A stretch of 61,396 nucleotides of DNA, counting the filler. It is 3 parts of 3 records of this genome, joined end to end, with 100 filler letters (N's around TTAATTAATTAA, not from the genome) between each part and the next. Parts side by side here need not be neighbours in the genome. Positions count along the whole stretch, not along the records: positions 41,631 to 61,396 come from SRR20825019_3132; 2 more parts are not named here. One strand, written 5' to 3'. Numbering within the stretch: the stretch's first letter is position 1; each line of letters starts with the position of its first letter. The notes beneath the pieces are model-generated. The model was not told the DNA's origin, ran no database searches, and saw nothing but the letters and a program-made list of their open reading frames with translations. This document shows positions 53,563 through 61,396 of the stretch, piece by piece. A program made the translations under genes and the position numbers.

Positions 53563-56500
53563 ATGAAAGCTAAGTTAGCATGGATGCTAACGCCTTTATT
53601 GGTGTTATGCATGTCTTTCTCTTTTGGACAAGAGAAAACAGTTTCAGGTAACGTGACGGACCAAAACGGTCTGCCTCTTCCTGGTGTTTCCATTATGGTT
53701 GTTGGAACATCCAATGGTACACAAACCGATTTTGATGGTAATTACACCATCTCAGCTTCACAAGGGCAAATGTTGCGTTTCAGTTACATCGGTCAGAAGA
53801 CTGTGGAAAGAACTATTGGTTCTTCTTCCACGATTAACGTACAGATGGAAGATGATGCCCAGGCCTTGGAAGAGGTTGTGGTGACGGGTTACGGTTCTCG
53901 ATCTAGAGAGTTGTCGACTTCTGCGATTTCTACAGTTTCTACTGAGAAAATTGAGGCTTTTGTGCCTTCCACAAGTGTGGATAACATTCTGCAGGGTCAG
54001 GCAGCAGGTGTTCAGGTGACTGCCGGAAACGGACGTCCGGGGCAAACTGCTTTTGTGACGATTCGGGGTGTTGGTTCCATTAATGCCAGCACTACTCCTC
54101 TATACGTGGTGGACGGGGTTCCAGTAAACTCTGAATTCATCAACAATTTGAACCCAAATGACATTGAGTCTTTTTCCATTCTTAAAGATGCCGCTACGGT
54201 CTCCAAATATGGTTCACGTGGTGCGAACGGTGTGGTTTTGATTACTACAAAGCAGGGTAAAACTGGGGATGCGCGAATAACCTTTAGGTCGTCTTATGGT
54301 TTTGGTGAAATGATTCCGGATCCTTTCGATTTAATGGACGCCACCCAAAAATTGGAACTTGAAAGACAATTTGCTGAACTTGGTGTTAATGCGGCTCAGT
54401 CTTTGCCAGGAGCTACAGCTGATGCTGCACAAAGAGCTAGATTAATAGGCAGGGATACTGATTGGAAAGAAGAACTGTTGAGAAAATCTCAAATTCAATC
54501 CAATTCTTTGTCGATATCTGGTGGTGATGAAAGAATGACTTACTATATGTCTTTGGGATATGATAAGAACACGGGTATTATAGATAGGATAGATGGGTTT
54601 GAAAGGGTTACTGCTCGATTGAATACTACCTATCAGGCTAAAGATTGGTTGAATGTTGGTACTAATATCTCGTTGTCTCGAAGTACGACCGACCTTCCAA
54701 GGGACCGTAACAATGTCCAGAATCCATTTAGGGCTATGTATGATTACAATCCGTACGATCCTTTGTACCTGAGAAACGATGATAATAGTATAGTATTGGA
54801 CGATCAGGGGGAGCGGGTGTTCAACCCAACAAGATCAGGTTTCCCGATAGCTAGGGCTTTGATTACGGAGCCTGAGGACAATAGGAACTTTTTGATAGTC
54901 GGAAGTTTATTCGCCGACATTAAATTCTCGGATAAGTTTACCAATAGGTTTTCTGTAGGTGCCACAAACAACAGGTATAATAGAACCGCTAGGTCGATTG
55001 CTGGAGGAGTATTGAACAGTATTGTTGGGGATGTCAATTTCCCTGGAACACAAACTGACAATTTTGAAAACACGCTTCAGTATAATGTAAACAACCTTTT
55101 TACTTATACGGATACATATGGAGATTTCCATAATTTATCAGCAAGTTTCCTGTTGGAATACAACGAGAATATTTATACGGATCTTTTTGCTAGTGCAAGA
55201 GGATTTCCTTCTCCATCTATTCCTTATCAAGATGTGGCCGCAGAAGCTACTGCTAGTGGCTCAACTGAAGAAAGGAGAATACTGTTTTCTCAAGGACTTT
55301 TTGTAGACTACGATTACGATGGAAAATATATCTTGTCCGGTTCGGTAAGGCGAGACGGTTCATCAAGATTTGGTCCAGATAATAAGTATGGATACTTCTA
55401 TAGTGGAAGTGCTGCATGGAACATTGCCAGAGAATCTTTTATGGATGGTTCTTTTGTGAACGATTTAAAGCTTAGAGCTTCTTATGGTACTTCTGGTAAC
55501 CAGAATATAGGTGACTTTAACTATTTGAACTTGTTGCAATTCAATACATATAATGGAAATACAACTGCTATTCCAATTGGTGTGGGCAACCCAAACATTC
55601 AGTGGGAGTCCCAAGCAATTTTGGATATTGGTGTTGAATTTGGATTGTTTAATAACCGAATCACTGGTGTTGTTGATTACTTTAAGAAGAATTCAAAAGA
55701 TCTTTTGTTGAATCAACCATTATCCCAAACTATTGGTGATGAGGATAACTCTATAGTTGCCAATATTGGTGAAATAGAAAATAGCGGTGTGGAAGTTTCA
55801 TTAAATGCTGATGTAATCAGGGCCGAAAACTTTATATGGAGAGTAGGAGGAAATGTCTCTTTCCTAGATAATAAGGTTGTTTCTCTAGTTAATGGAGATG
55901 ATATTATAAGCGGTACTTTTGGTTACAATATTTTAAGGGAAGGGGAAGAAATCAATTCTTTCTATACCGTGAAATATGCTGGCGTAGATTCAGCTACTGG
56001 TGAGCCTCTATATTACGATTTGGATGGTAACACTACCAATGAGTATAGTGCAGGTTTCAATACCATTTTGGAAGGTAAATCACCTTACGCCAATATAGAG
56101 GGAGGTTTCTTTACTTCGATTAGATGGCATGGGTTTGGTGTCCGCGCTGACTTTGTTGGTAAAGCAGGGAACTATATCATGAACTTTCAAAGACAGTCGG
56201 GTGTTTCTATAGGGAATATTGCATTCAACCAACGCACAGAGGCATTTAATTACTGGAAGCAACCTGGAGATACCAATGTGTTACCAAGTCCATTGTATCA
56301 GGGGACAGCTGATCAAGATAGTGACCGTTGGTTGGAGAAAGGAGATTACATCCGTTTGAGAACTTTGACTTTAGACTATGTTCTTCCAAGTAAATTCTTG
56401 AACAAAACAGGTATTGATAGGGTAAGGGTTTTTGCTACAGGTCAAAACTTATTCACTATTACGGATTACAACGGAGATCCAGAGATTGGTATTGGTTCTG

Positions 56501-56613
56501 CAGAAAGTTCAGATCCGAGTGATCCTAACAGCGGATTTATTCCTGGTGCATTCTCTTTGTTCAGTTATCCACAAACCAGATCTTATACTTTCGGAGTGGA
56601 AGTAGGATTTTAA
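53563..56613 (+). CDS. SusC/RagA family TonB-dependent receptor
   Basis: CarboxypepD-like N-terminus (GTQTDFDGNY), LEEVVVTGY, PLYVVDG, ILKDAA...YGSRGANGVVLITTK, C-terminal Phe. Confidence 0.95.
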   Translation: MKAKLAWMLTPLLVLCMSFSFGQEKTVSGNVTDQNGLPLPGVSIMVVGTSNGTQTDFDGNYTISASQGQMLRFSYIGQKTVERTIGSSSTINVQMEDDAQALEEVVVTGYGSRSRELSTSAISTVSTEKIEAFVPSTSVDNILQGQAAGVQVTAGNGRPGQTAFVTIRGVGSINASTTPLYVVDGVPVNSEFINNLNPNDIESFSILKDAATVSKYGSRGANGVVLITTKQGKTGDARITFRSSYGFGEMIPDPFDLMDATQKLELERQFAELGVNAAQSLPGATADAAQRARLIGRDTDWKEELLRKSQIQSNSLSISGGDERMTYYMSLGYDKNTGIIDRIDGFERVTARLNTTYQAKDWLNVGTNISLSRSTTDLPRDRNNVQNPFRAMYDYNPYDPLYLRNDDNSIVLDDQGERVFNPTRSGFPIARALITEPEDNRNFLIVGSLFADIKFSDKFTNRFSVGATNNRYNRTARSIAGGVLNSIVGDVNFPGTQTDNFENTLQYNVNNLFTYTDTYGDFHNLSASFLLEYNENIYTDLFASARGFPSPSIPYQDVAAEATASGSTEERRILFSQGLFVDYDYDGKYILSGSVRRDGSSRFGPDNKYGYFYSGSAAWNIARESFMDGSFVNDLKLRASYGTSGNQNIGDFNYLNLLQFNTYNGNTTAIPIGVGNPNIQWESQAILDIGVEFGLFNNRITGVVDYFKKNSKDLLLNQPLSQTIGDEDNSIVANIGEIENSGVEVSLNADVIRAENFIWRVGGNVSFLDNKVVSLVNGDDIISGTFGYNILREGEEINSFYTVKYAGVDSATGEPLYYDLDGNTTNEYSAGFNTILEGKSPYANIEGGFFTSIRWHGFGVRADFVGKAGNYIMNFQRQSGVSIGNIAFNQRTEAFNYWKQPGDTNVLPSPLYQGTADQDSDRWLEKGDYIRLRTLTLDYVLPSKFLNKTGIDRVRVFATGQNLFTITDYNGDPEIGIGSAESSDPSDPNSGFIPGAFSLFSYPQTRSYTFGVEVGF

Positions 56614-56628
56614 AAAAAAGAAATCGAC

Positions 56629-58092
56629 ATGAAAAATAAATTTTATACATATTGTTTAGCATCATTGATGGCCACTTCATTGCTGGTATCTTGTGATGAC
56701 GAACTAAATGACCTTCAGCCTTTTGTTGAAGGGAATCCAGAAACGTTTTTCAATAGCGTTTCTAGTTTTCAGAATGGAGTTGATGGTATTTACAGTCAAT
56801 TTTGGAATTATTATTCCGCTCCTGCATCCGGGCTACAAGCTCTACCGGATATACTAGCGGACAATGTTATTCTAGCGCAGAGCGGTCGTAGATCTAACGA
56901 GGATTATTACGATTACAGATACAATCCAAATACAGGGGGCGCTGTTCCCTTATATTGGAGTGAGGCTTATGAGGCCGTCAATGCTGCTAATTTGGTTATC
57001 GGACAGATTGATAATTTGGCTGATGGACCGGAAAAGGATAATATCTTAGGTCAAGCATTGGCTGCAAGGGCTATTGCTCATTTTGATTTGGCCAGAATAT
57101 TTGCAATGATTCCGACTCAAAGCCCAGATGCCAATAATTCTCCTGGTATTGTATACCTTAAGGTGGAGGATGGTGATACTGGTGACCCCTTTGCGGAACC
57201 GGCAAGAGAGACTGTGGCTAGCAACTATGCTGAGATAATTGGCGATTTGGAGCAAGCTGCCCAATTAATCGGAGACGAAAATGGGGAAGGACGATTGGAT
57301 AGAGACGCCGTTTATGGTATGTTATCGCGAGTTTATCTATACAATGGCGATTACCAATTGGCAATTGATGCAGCTGATGAGGTTGCTGAAGGAGTTGTGG
57401 ATGCAACTGTTGAAGGCGCACTTTTAGATGTTTATGAAGACACTTCAAATGAAGGTGTGATTATTGAATGGTCTGTCAACACATCATCAGAATCTGGCTT
57501 TAATAATGTTGGAGTGCTTTACAGTCAAACAACAGCACCGGATACTAGATCTGAATATGTTATTGATTATGAGTTTTTCAATAGCATAGACCCAAATGAT
57601 CTTAGGTTAGAAGTAATGCAGTATGATGCAACTTTTGAAGGTAATAATTACAATGCAGTTAGAAAGTTTTTAGGAGAGCCTGGCCAGGTTAACGGAAGAG
57701 TTGATATTAAGGTTCTTCGAGCTGCTGAGGTTGTTTTGAACAAAGCAGAGGCACAGTACGAGTTGAACCAAGGGGCTAATGCTTTGGCGACCTTGAACAC
57801 CCTAAGGGATGTTCGTTATTCCTCTTACACTGGAGGGGAAAGTGGCCAGGCATTGGAAGACGCCATTCAATTTGAAAGAAGAGTTGAGCTTAGCTTTGAA
57901 GGTCATAGGTTTTTCGACTTAAAACGTCGAGGTGAGGCTGTTGTACGTTCTAATAATGGGGATATACAGGATGGTTCAGGTACTCCTCCGGAGTTTTTAA
58001 CCTTGCCGGCTGGAGATTTTAAATTTCAGTTGCCCATACCTATTGATGAAATCAATGCCAACTCCAATATGGATCAAAATTCAGGCTACTAG
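56629..58092 (+). CDS. SusD/RagB family lipoprotein
   Basis: Lipobox LVS-C, RAAEVVLNKAEA, ERRVELSFEGHRFFDLKR, LPIPIDEINAN. Confidence 0.95.
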   Translation: MKNKFYTYCLASLMATSLLVSCDDELNDLQPFVEGNPETFFNSVSSFQNGVDGIYSQFWNYYSAPASGLQALPDILADNVILAQSGRRSNEDYYDYRYNPNTGGAVPLYWSEAYEAVNAANLVIGQIDNLADGPEKDNILGQALAARAIAHFDLARIFAMIPTQSPDANNSPGIVYLKVEDGDTGDPFAEPARETVASNYAEIIGDLEQAAQLIGDENGEGRLDRDAVYGMLSRVYLYNGDYQLAIDAADEVAEGVVDATVEGALLDVYEDTSNEGVIIEWSVNTSSESGFNNVGVLYSQTTAPDTRSEYVIDYEFFNSIDPNDLRLEVMQYDATFEGNNYNAVRKFLGEPGQVNGRVDIKVLRAAEVVLNKAEAQYELNQGANALATLNTLRDVRYSSYTGGESGQALEDAIQFERRVELSFEGHRFFDLKRRGEAVVRSNNGDIQDGSGTPPEFLTLPAGDFKFQLPIPIDEINANSNMDQNSGY

Positions 58093-58128
58093 TTGGTCGA
58101 GTATACATTACTAGAATTTTCATATGAG

Positions 58129-58155
58129 AAGGGGCCGATAATTCGGCCCCTTTTT
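58129..58155 (+). terminator. Intrinsic terminator after susD
   Basis: AAGGGGCCGA-TAAT-TCGGCCCCTT followed by a T-run. Confidence 0.88.
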
Positions 58156-58223
58156 ATTAGGAATTTTTTAAATTATCTTGAAACATTTAAGTATGATAAG
58201 CTTCAGATATATCTTTTTGGAGT

Positions 58224-58898
58224 CTATTTTGTGTTATAATATTCCATTACTTTTATTGCATCACCTTCTTTGTTGAGTTTTAAATTATTTGACTTGACAT
58301 ATTCTTTAATATTATCTTTCCCTAGAATATCATAAAAGTATTTTTTTCTTAAATAAATCTTGATGGCGGGTTCATCCCCTTTTTGAATATAATAAGAACT
58401 TATATCTATGTATCTCGGAGGGACGCTTCTGTCATAGTTTGTGGCTGCGGTTTTTCCTCTGCGCAGCTTTTTTTCTGGCTTATACAGTAATTTTAGGTTT
58501 CCTTCGTTTAAAGGGGTGAAATAACCAATTCTTATGGTCTCATTATTGTTGTCCTCTATGTATGGATAAAGTTTGTAAAGCTTGTTTTGGATTAGTGCTG
58601 AAATATAATTTCTTTTCAAGACAGCCGTATATTCTTTTTCACCCTTTTGAAGCTCGATTTCACTATTCACTGCATTATATCTTAGGTTTCCAGTAGACTT
58701 TGTTTTTCCGTTAACTAGTACTTGTCCCCATTCAAACTCTTCATTGAAGTATGGTGACCCTTCTGTTTTAAGGTTTGACACATTCATTGGTTTGGTTTGG
58801 AAAGAAACAATGGCAGCTTCATCTGGATTTGTAAAATTTACTTGTGCTATTCCGGTTGAAGTTGCTAGTAATGTGATAATAGTTAATTTATAGTTCAT
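58224..58898 (-). CDS. Secreted hypothetical protein
   Basis: Signal peptide, EGSPYFNEEF...LRYNA motif. Very AT-rich. Confidence 0.75.
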   Translation of the reverse strand: MNYKLTIITLLATSTGIAQVNFTNPDEAAIVSFQTKPMNVSNLKTEGSPYFNEEFEWGQVLVNGKTKSTGNLRYNAVNSEIELQKGEKEYTAVLKRNYISALIQNKLYKLYPYIEDNNNETIRIGYFTPLNEGNLKLLYKPEKKLRRGKTAATNYDRSVPPRYIDISSYYIQKGDEPAIKIYLRKKYFYDILGKDNIKEYVKSNNLKLNKEGDAIKVMEYYNTK

Positions 58899-59133
58899 TT
58901 GTTTCTAACTTTTAGTTTGACTGTTTACAGTTTGATAATTTTTCTTATGCTTGCAATAAGCAACATTTAATTCATCATACTTGTTATAGTCTTCTTAATT
59001 TTATCTTAAAACCCGAAGGTGAGTTCTTTCATTTCTTTTCATTTATTGTTAATAGTAATGTTTCTCCAGTATATATAAAATTCACATTTCTTTAGAAACA
59101 AAACTTTTACCTTTGCCCAACCAATATCATGGA

Positions 59134-61182
59134 ATGAGATATTTAGCATTGACCCTACTTTTATTGATTGGCCAATCAGTCTTGGCGCAACAAGATTCGA
59201 TTCCTCCAAAAAAAGAGGGAGACTCTATAAGGCTGCAAGAAAAAGATACTCTTGCGTTACGGCAGAAGGATTCGGTTGCCGTAGATTCAATGCCTGCAAA
59301 GCCCAAAAGAAGAGATTCTGCTAAGTTAGAGGCCAAACAAAAAGATTCTGTGAGCATCAGAGATTACAAAATAATCTCATATTACGGCGACACTACTGTA
59401 GTCGACACGACTCTTTCCATAAGAAAAGATTACATCTACAATTATTTAAGGAAGGACGATTTTGAATTAATGCCCTTTGCCAATATGGGCCAGCCCTATA
59501 ATGAGCTAGGTAAAAGCTTTTCTTCTGCACCTTATTATCCGCGCATAGGGGCGAAGGCCAAACATCCCGGTTATTTTGAAAAAGAGGATGTCAACTATTA
59601 TCATGTTCCTACCCCGATGACAGAGCTCATGTTCAAAACCACGTTTGAGCAGGGTCAGTATCTAGATGCATTGCTAACCTTTAATGTGTCCGAACGGTTC
59701 AATATGTCGGTTGCCTATAATGGATTCAGGTCACTGGGTAAATATAGGTACGAGGAAGCCCAGGATGGAAAGTTTAGGACAACATTCAGTTATGTTACTA
59801 AAAATAGAAGGTATTCTCTCAAGGGGCATATAGCGGCTCAAGAAATGCAGAGCGAGGAAAGTGGGGGTTTAAGGAACAAGAGTCAATTTGAGGACGACCT
59901 GCCCGATTTTCAGGATAGAGCAAAAATTGATCTATTGTATACAAACGCCAATAATAGAATATTGGGCAAGCGCTATTTTTTGAACCATCAATTCAAATTG
60001 GTCAATCATAAAAAAGATTCTACGGACAATTCACCCACCGCATTGGCTATAGGGCATGAATTCAGCTATGAGACCAAAATGTACGACTTTGAACAAACGC
60101 AACAGAACGATGCCTTCGGGCAAGACCCATTCTTGGTTCCTATAGAAGATAGAGCAAGATTGAAAACAATGTTCAATAAAGGATTTGTGGAATTTTCAAA
60201 CAAAATACTTGGCAGGCTTTCCGGCAGTGTATCATTGTTCAACTATAATTATTTTTTCAATAGTATATTGTTCACCGATGAAGGTGTCATACAAAATAAG
60301 CTGCAAGGAGAAGAAATTGTGGTTGGAGGTAGTTATCGTAACCGCATAGGGCCTTTGTATTTGGAGGGAAGTGTCGATTGTACGGTGGTAGGCGAACTTA
60401 CGGCGAATAAGTTTGATGCCAGGGCAAGATATACATTGAATGAGGGTAATTCATTGTTGGGGTCTGTCCATGTATCATCTAGGATGCCCGATTTCAACTA
60501 CTTGTTGTATCAAAGTGATTATCGAAACTTCAATTGGCAAAATACGGACACATTTGATAACATTCGTACAAAGAGTATAAAATTTGGTTTTGATTCCAGA
60601 ACCTACGGCCTTTTGAGCGCTGAGTACAGTACGCTGGATAATTATACATATTTCGCATCCACGGCAACTGAGGAAGAAATAGGATTGGGTCAGGAAACGG
60701 CATTTGTAAGGCCCTTTCAGGAATCGGGCGCGGTAAACCACTTAAAAGTTAAATATGAAAAAGAAATAAAATGGAGAAAGTGGGCATTAATGAATACGGT
60801 AATGTATCAAGAGGTAGATCAAGGCAATCAAGTGCTCAATCTTCCACAGGTGGTTACACGGAATAGTCTATACTTTTCAAGTGATGTATTTAAAAAAGCG
60901 ATGTTTCTGCAAACAGGGGTAACCTTTAAATACTTCACATCATATAATATGGATGCATACAATCCACTGTTGGGGGAATTTTATATTCAGAACAACGAAG
61001 AGTTGGGAGGATATCCCTTATTGGACGTTTTTATAAACGCCAAGGTGAAACAGACCCGTATTTTTTTAAAGGCAGAACACTTGAATTCCATTTTTTCAGA
61101 GCCTAATTATTACTCCGCTCCAAATTATCCTTACCGCGATTTTGTCATCAGATTTGGGTTGGTCTGGAATTTATTTTCATAA
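59134..61182 (+). CDS. Putative Bacteroidota porin (outer-membrane beta-barrel)
   Basis: ATG 59134 follows a TACCTTTG -7 element. Signal peptide, amphipathic strands, C-terminal FGLVWNLF. Confidence 0.8.
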   Translation: MRYLALTLLLLIGQSVLAQQDSIPPKKEGDSIRLQEKDTLALRQKDSVAVDSMPAKPKRRDSAKLEAKQKDSVSIRDYKIISYYGDTTVVDTTLSIRKDYIYNYLRKDDFELMPFANMGQPYNELGKSFSSAPYYPRIGAKAKHPGYFEKEDVNYYHVPTPMTELMFKTTFEQGQYLDALLTFNVSERFNMSVAYNGFRSLGKYRYEEAQDGKFRTTFSYVTKNRRYSLKGHIAAQEMQSEESGGLRNKSQFEDDLPDFQDRAKIDLLYTNANNRILGKRYFLNHQFKLVNHKKDSTDNSPTALAIGHEFSYETKMYDFEQTQQNDAFGQDPFLVPIEDRARLKTMFNKGFVEFSNKILGRLSGSVSLFNYNYFFNSILFTDEGVIQNKLQGEEIVVGGSYRNRIGPLYLEGSVDCTVVGELTANKFDARARYTLNEGNSLLGSVHVSSRMPDFNYLLYQSDYRNFNWQNTDTFDNIRTKSIKFGFDSRTYGLLSAEYSTLDNYTYFASTATEEEIGLGQETAFVRPFQESGAVNHLKVKYEKEIKWRKWALMNTVMYQEVDQGNQVLNLPQVVTRNSLYFSSDVFKKAMFLQTGVTFKYFTSYNMDAYNPLLGEFYIQNNEELGGYPLLDVFINAKVKQTRIFLKAEHLNSIFSEPNYYSAPNYPYRDFVIRFGLVWNLFS

Positions 61183-61270
61183 AATTCGTTAAGAAGTGAA
61201 AAACGAAAACCTGAAAAACAAGTAGTTATAAATTAATTGATTTTTTTTCAAAAAAAATATCGAAAAACAT

Positions 61271-61302
61271 TTTGCGGTAAGAAAATAACGTGCGTATATT
61301 TG
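61271..61302 (+). promoter_or_regulatory. Strong Bacteroidota sigmaA promoter, probably of an rRNA operon beyond the window
   Basis: TTTG, 20 nt, TATATTTG, with A/T tracts upstream and GC-rich CACCCGC after. Downstream are a hairpin and a boxA-like AAGTTCATATACATATTG; no ORF follows. Confidence 0.65.
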
Positions 61303-61396
61303 CACCCGCTTAGCTGATAAGGCAGGGCGCTTTCGAAAAACCGAAAGGCTGAAAAACGAAAGGAAAAAACAAAGAAGTTCATATACATATTGTAAC

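Overview
The window is not one locus. It is three unrelated contigs joined by two artificial 100-nt spacers (44 N + TTAATTAATTAA + 44 N, at 25741-25840 and 41531-41630). (1) 1-25740 is a GC-rich gammaproteobacterial core region, Marinobacter-like by inference. It holds the manC 3' end, a degenerate single-ring ClpV/ClpB-like gene with an overlapping partner, a membrane-anchored cold-shock protein, slyX, the minus-strand map-glnD-dapC-yffB-dapD-dapE run and rpsB-tsf-pyrH-frr-uppS-cdsA-dxr-rseP-bamA-skp-lpxD-fabZ-lpxA-lpxB-rnhB, and ends inside a tRNA-fMet. (2) 25841-41530 is a compact eukaryotic (protist, possibly cryptophyte-like) nuclear contig. It has ~50-nt GT-AG introns and six gene models I spliced by hand: a WKF protein, RAB3GAP2, a Cys-rich secreted orphan, a putative longin+roadblock fusion, a coiled-coil/PH protein and a TLC protein. 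Gene 5' ends abut very GC-rich, CCGG-saturated islands sharing a CGGTCAGT(G) motif, while gene bodies look CCGG-depleted. (3) 41631-61396 is a Flavobacteriaceae contig, Muricauda/Flagellimonas-like by inference. It holds lysS (partial), a thioredoxin-like gene, a frameshifted transmembrane LuxR regulator, a small YqaE/Pmp3 gene, lipB, an OmpA pair, rnhB, a stand-alone SusC/SusD pair, a porin and a probable rRNA operon promoter at the end. No CRISPR array, prophage or IS element was seen. The best leads are the eukaryotic CCGG islands and their motif, the longin-roadblock gene and the degenerate Clp ATPase. All family assignments come from recognising motifs by eye; no database searches were run.
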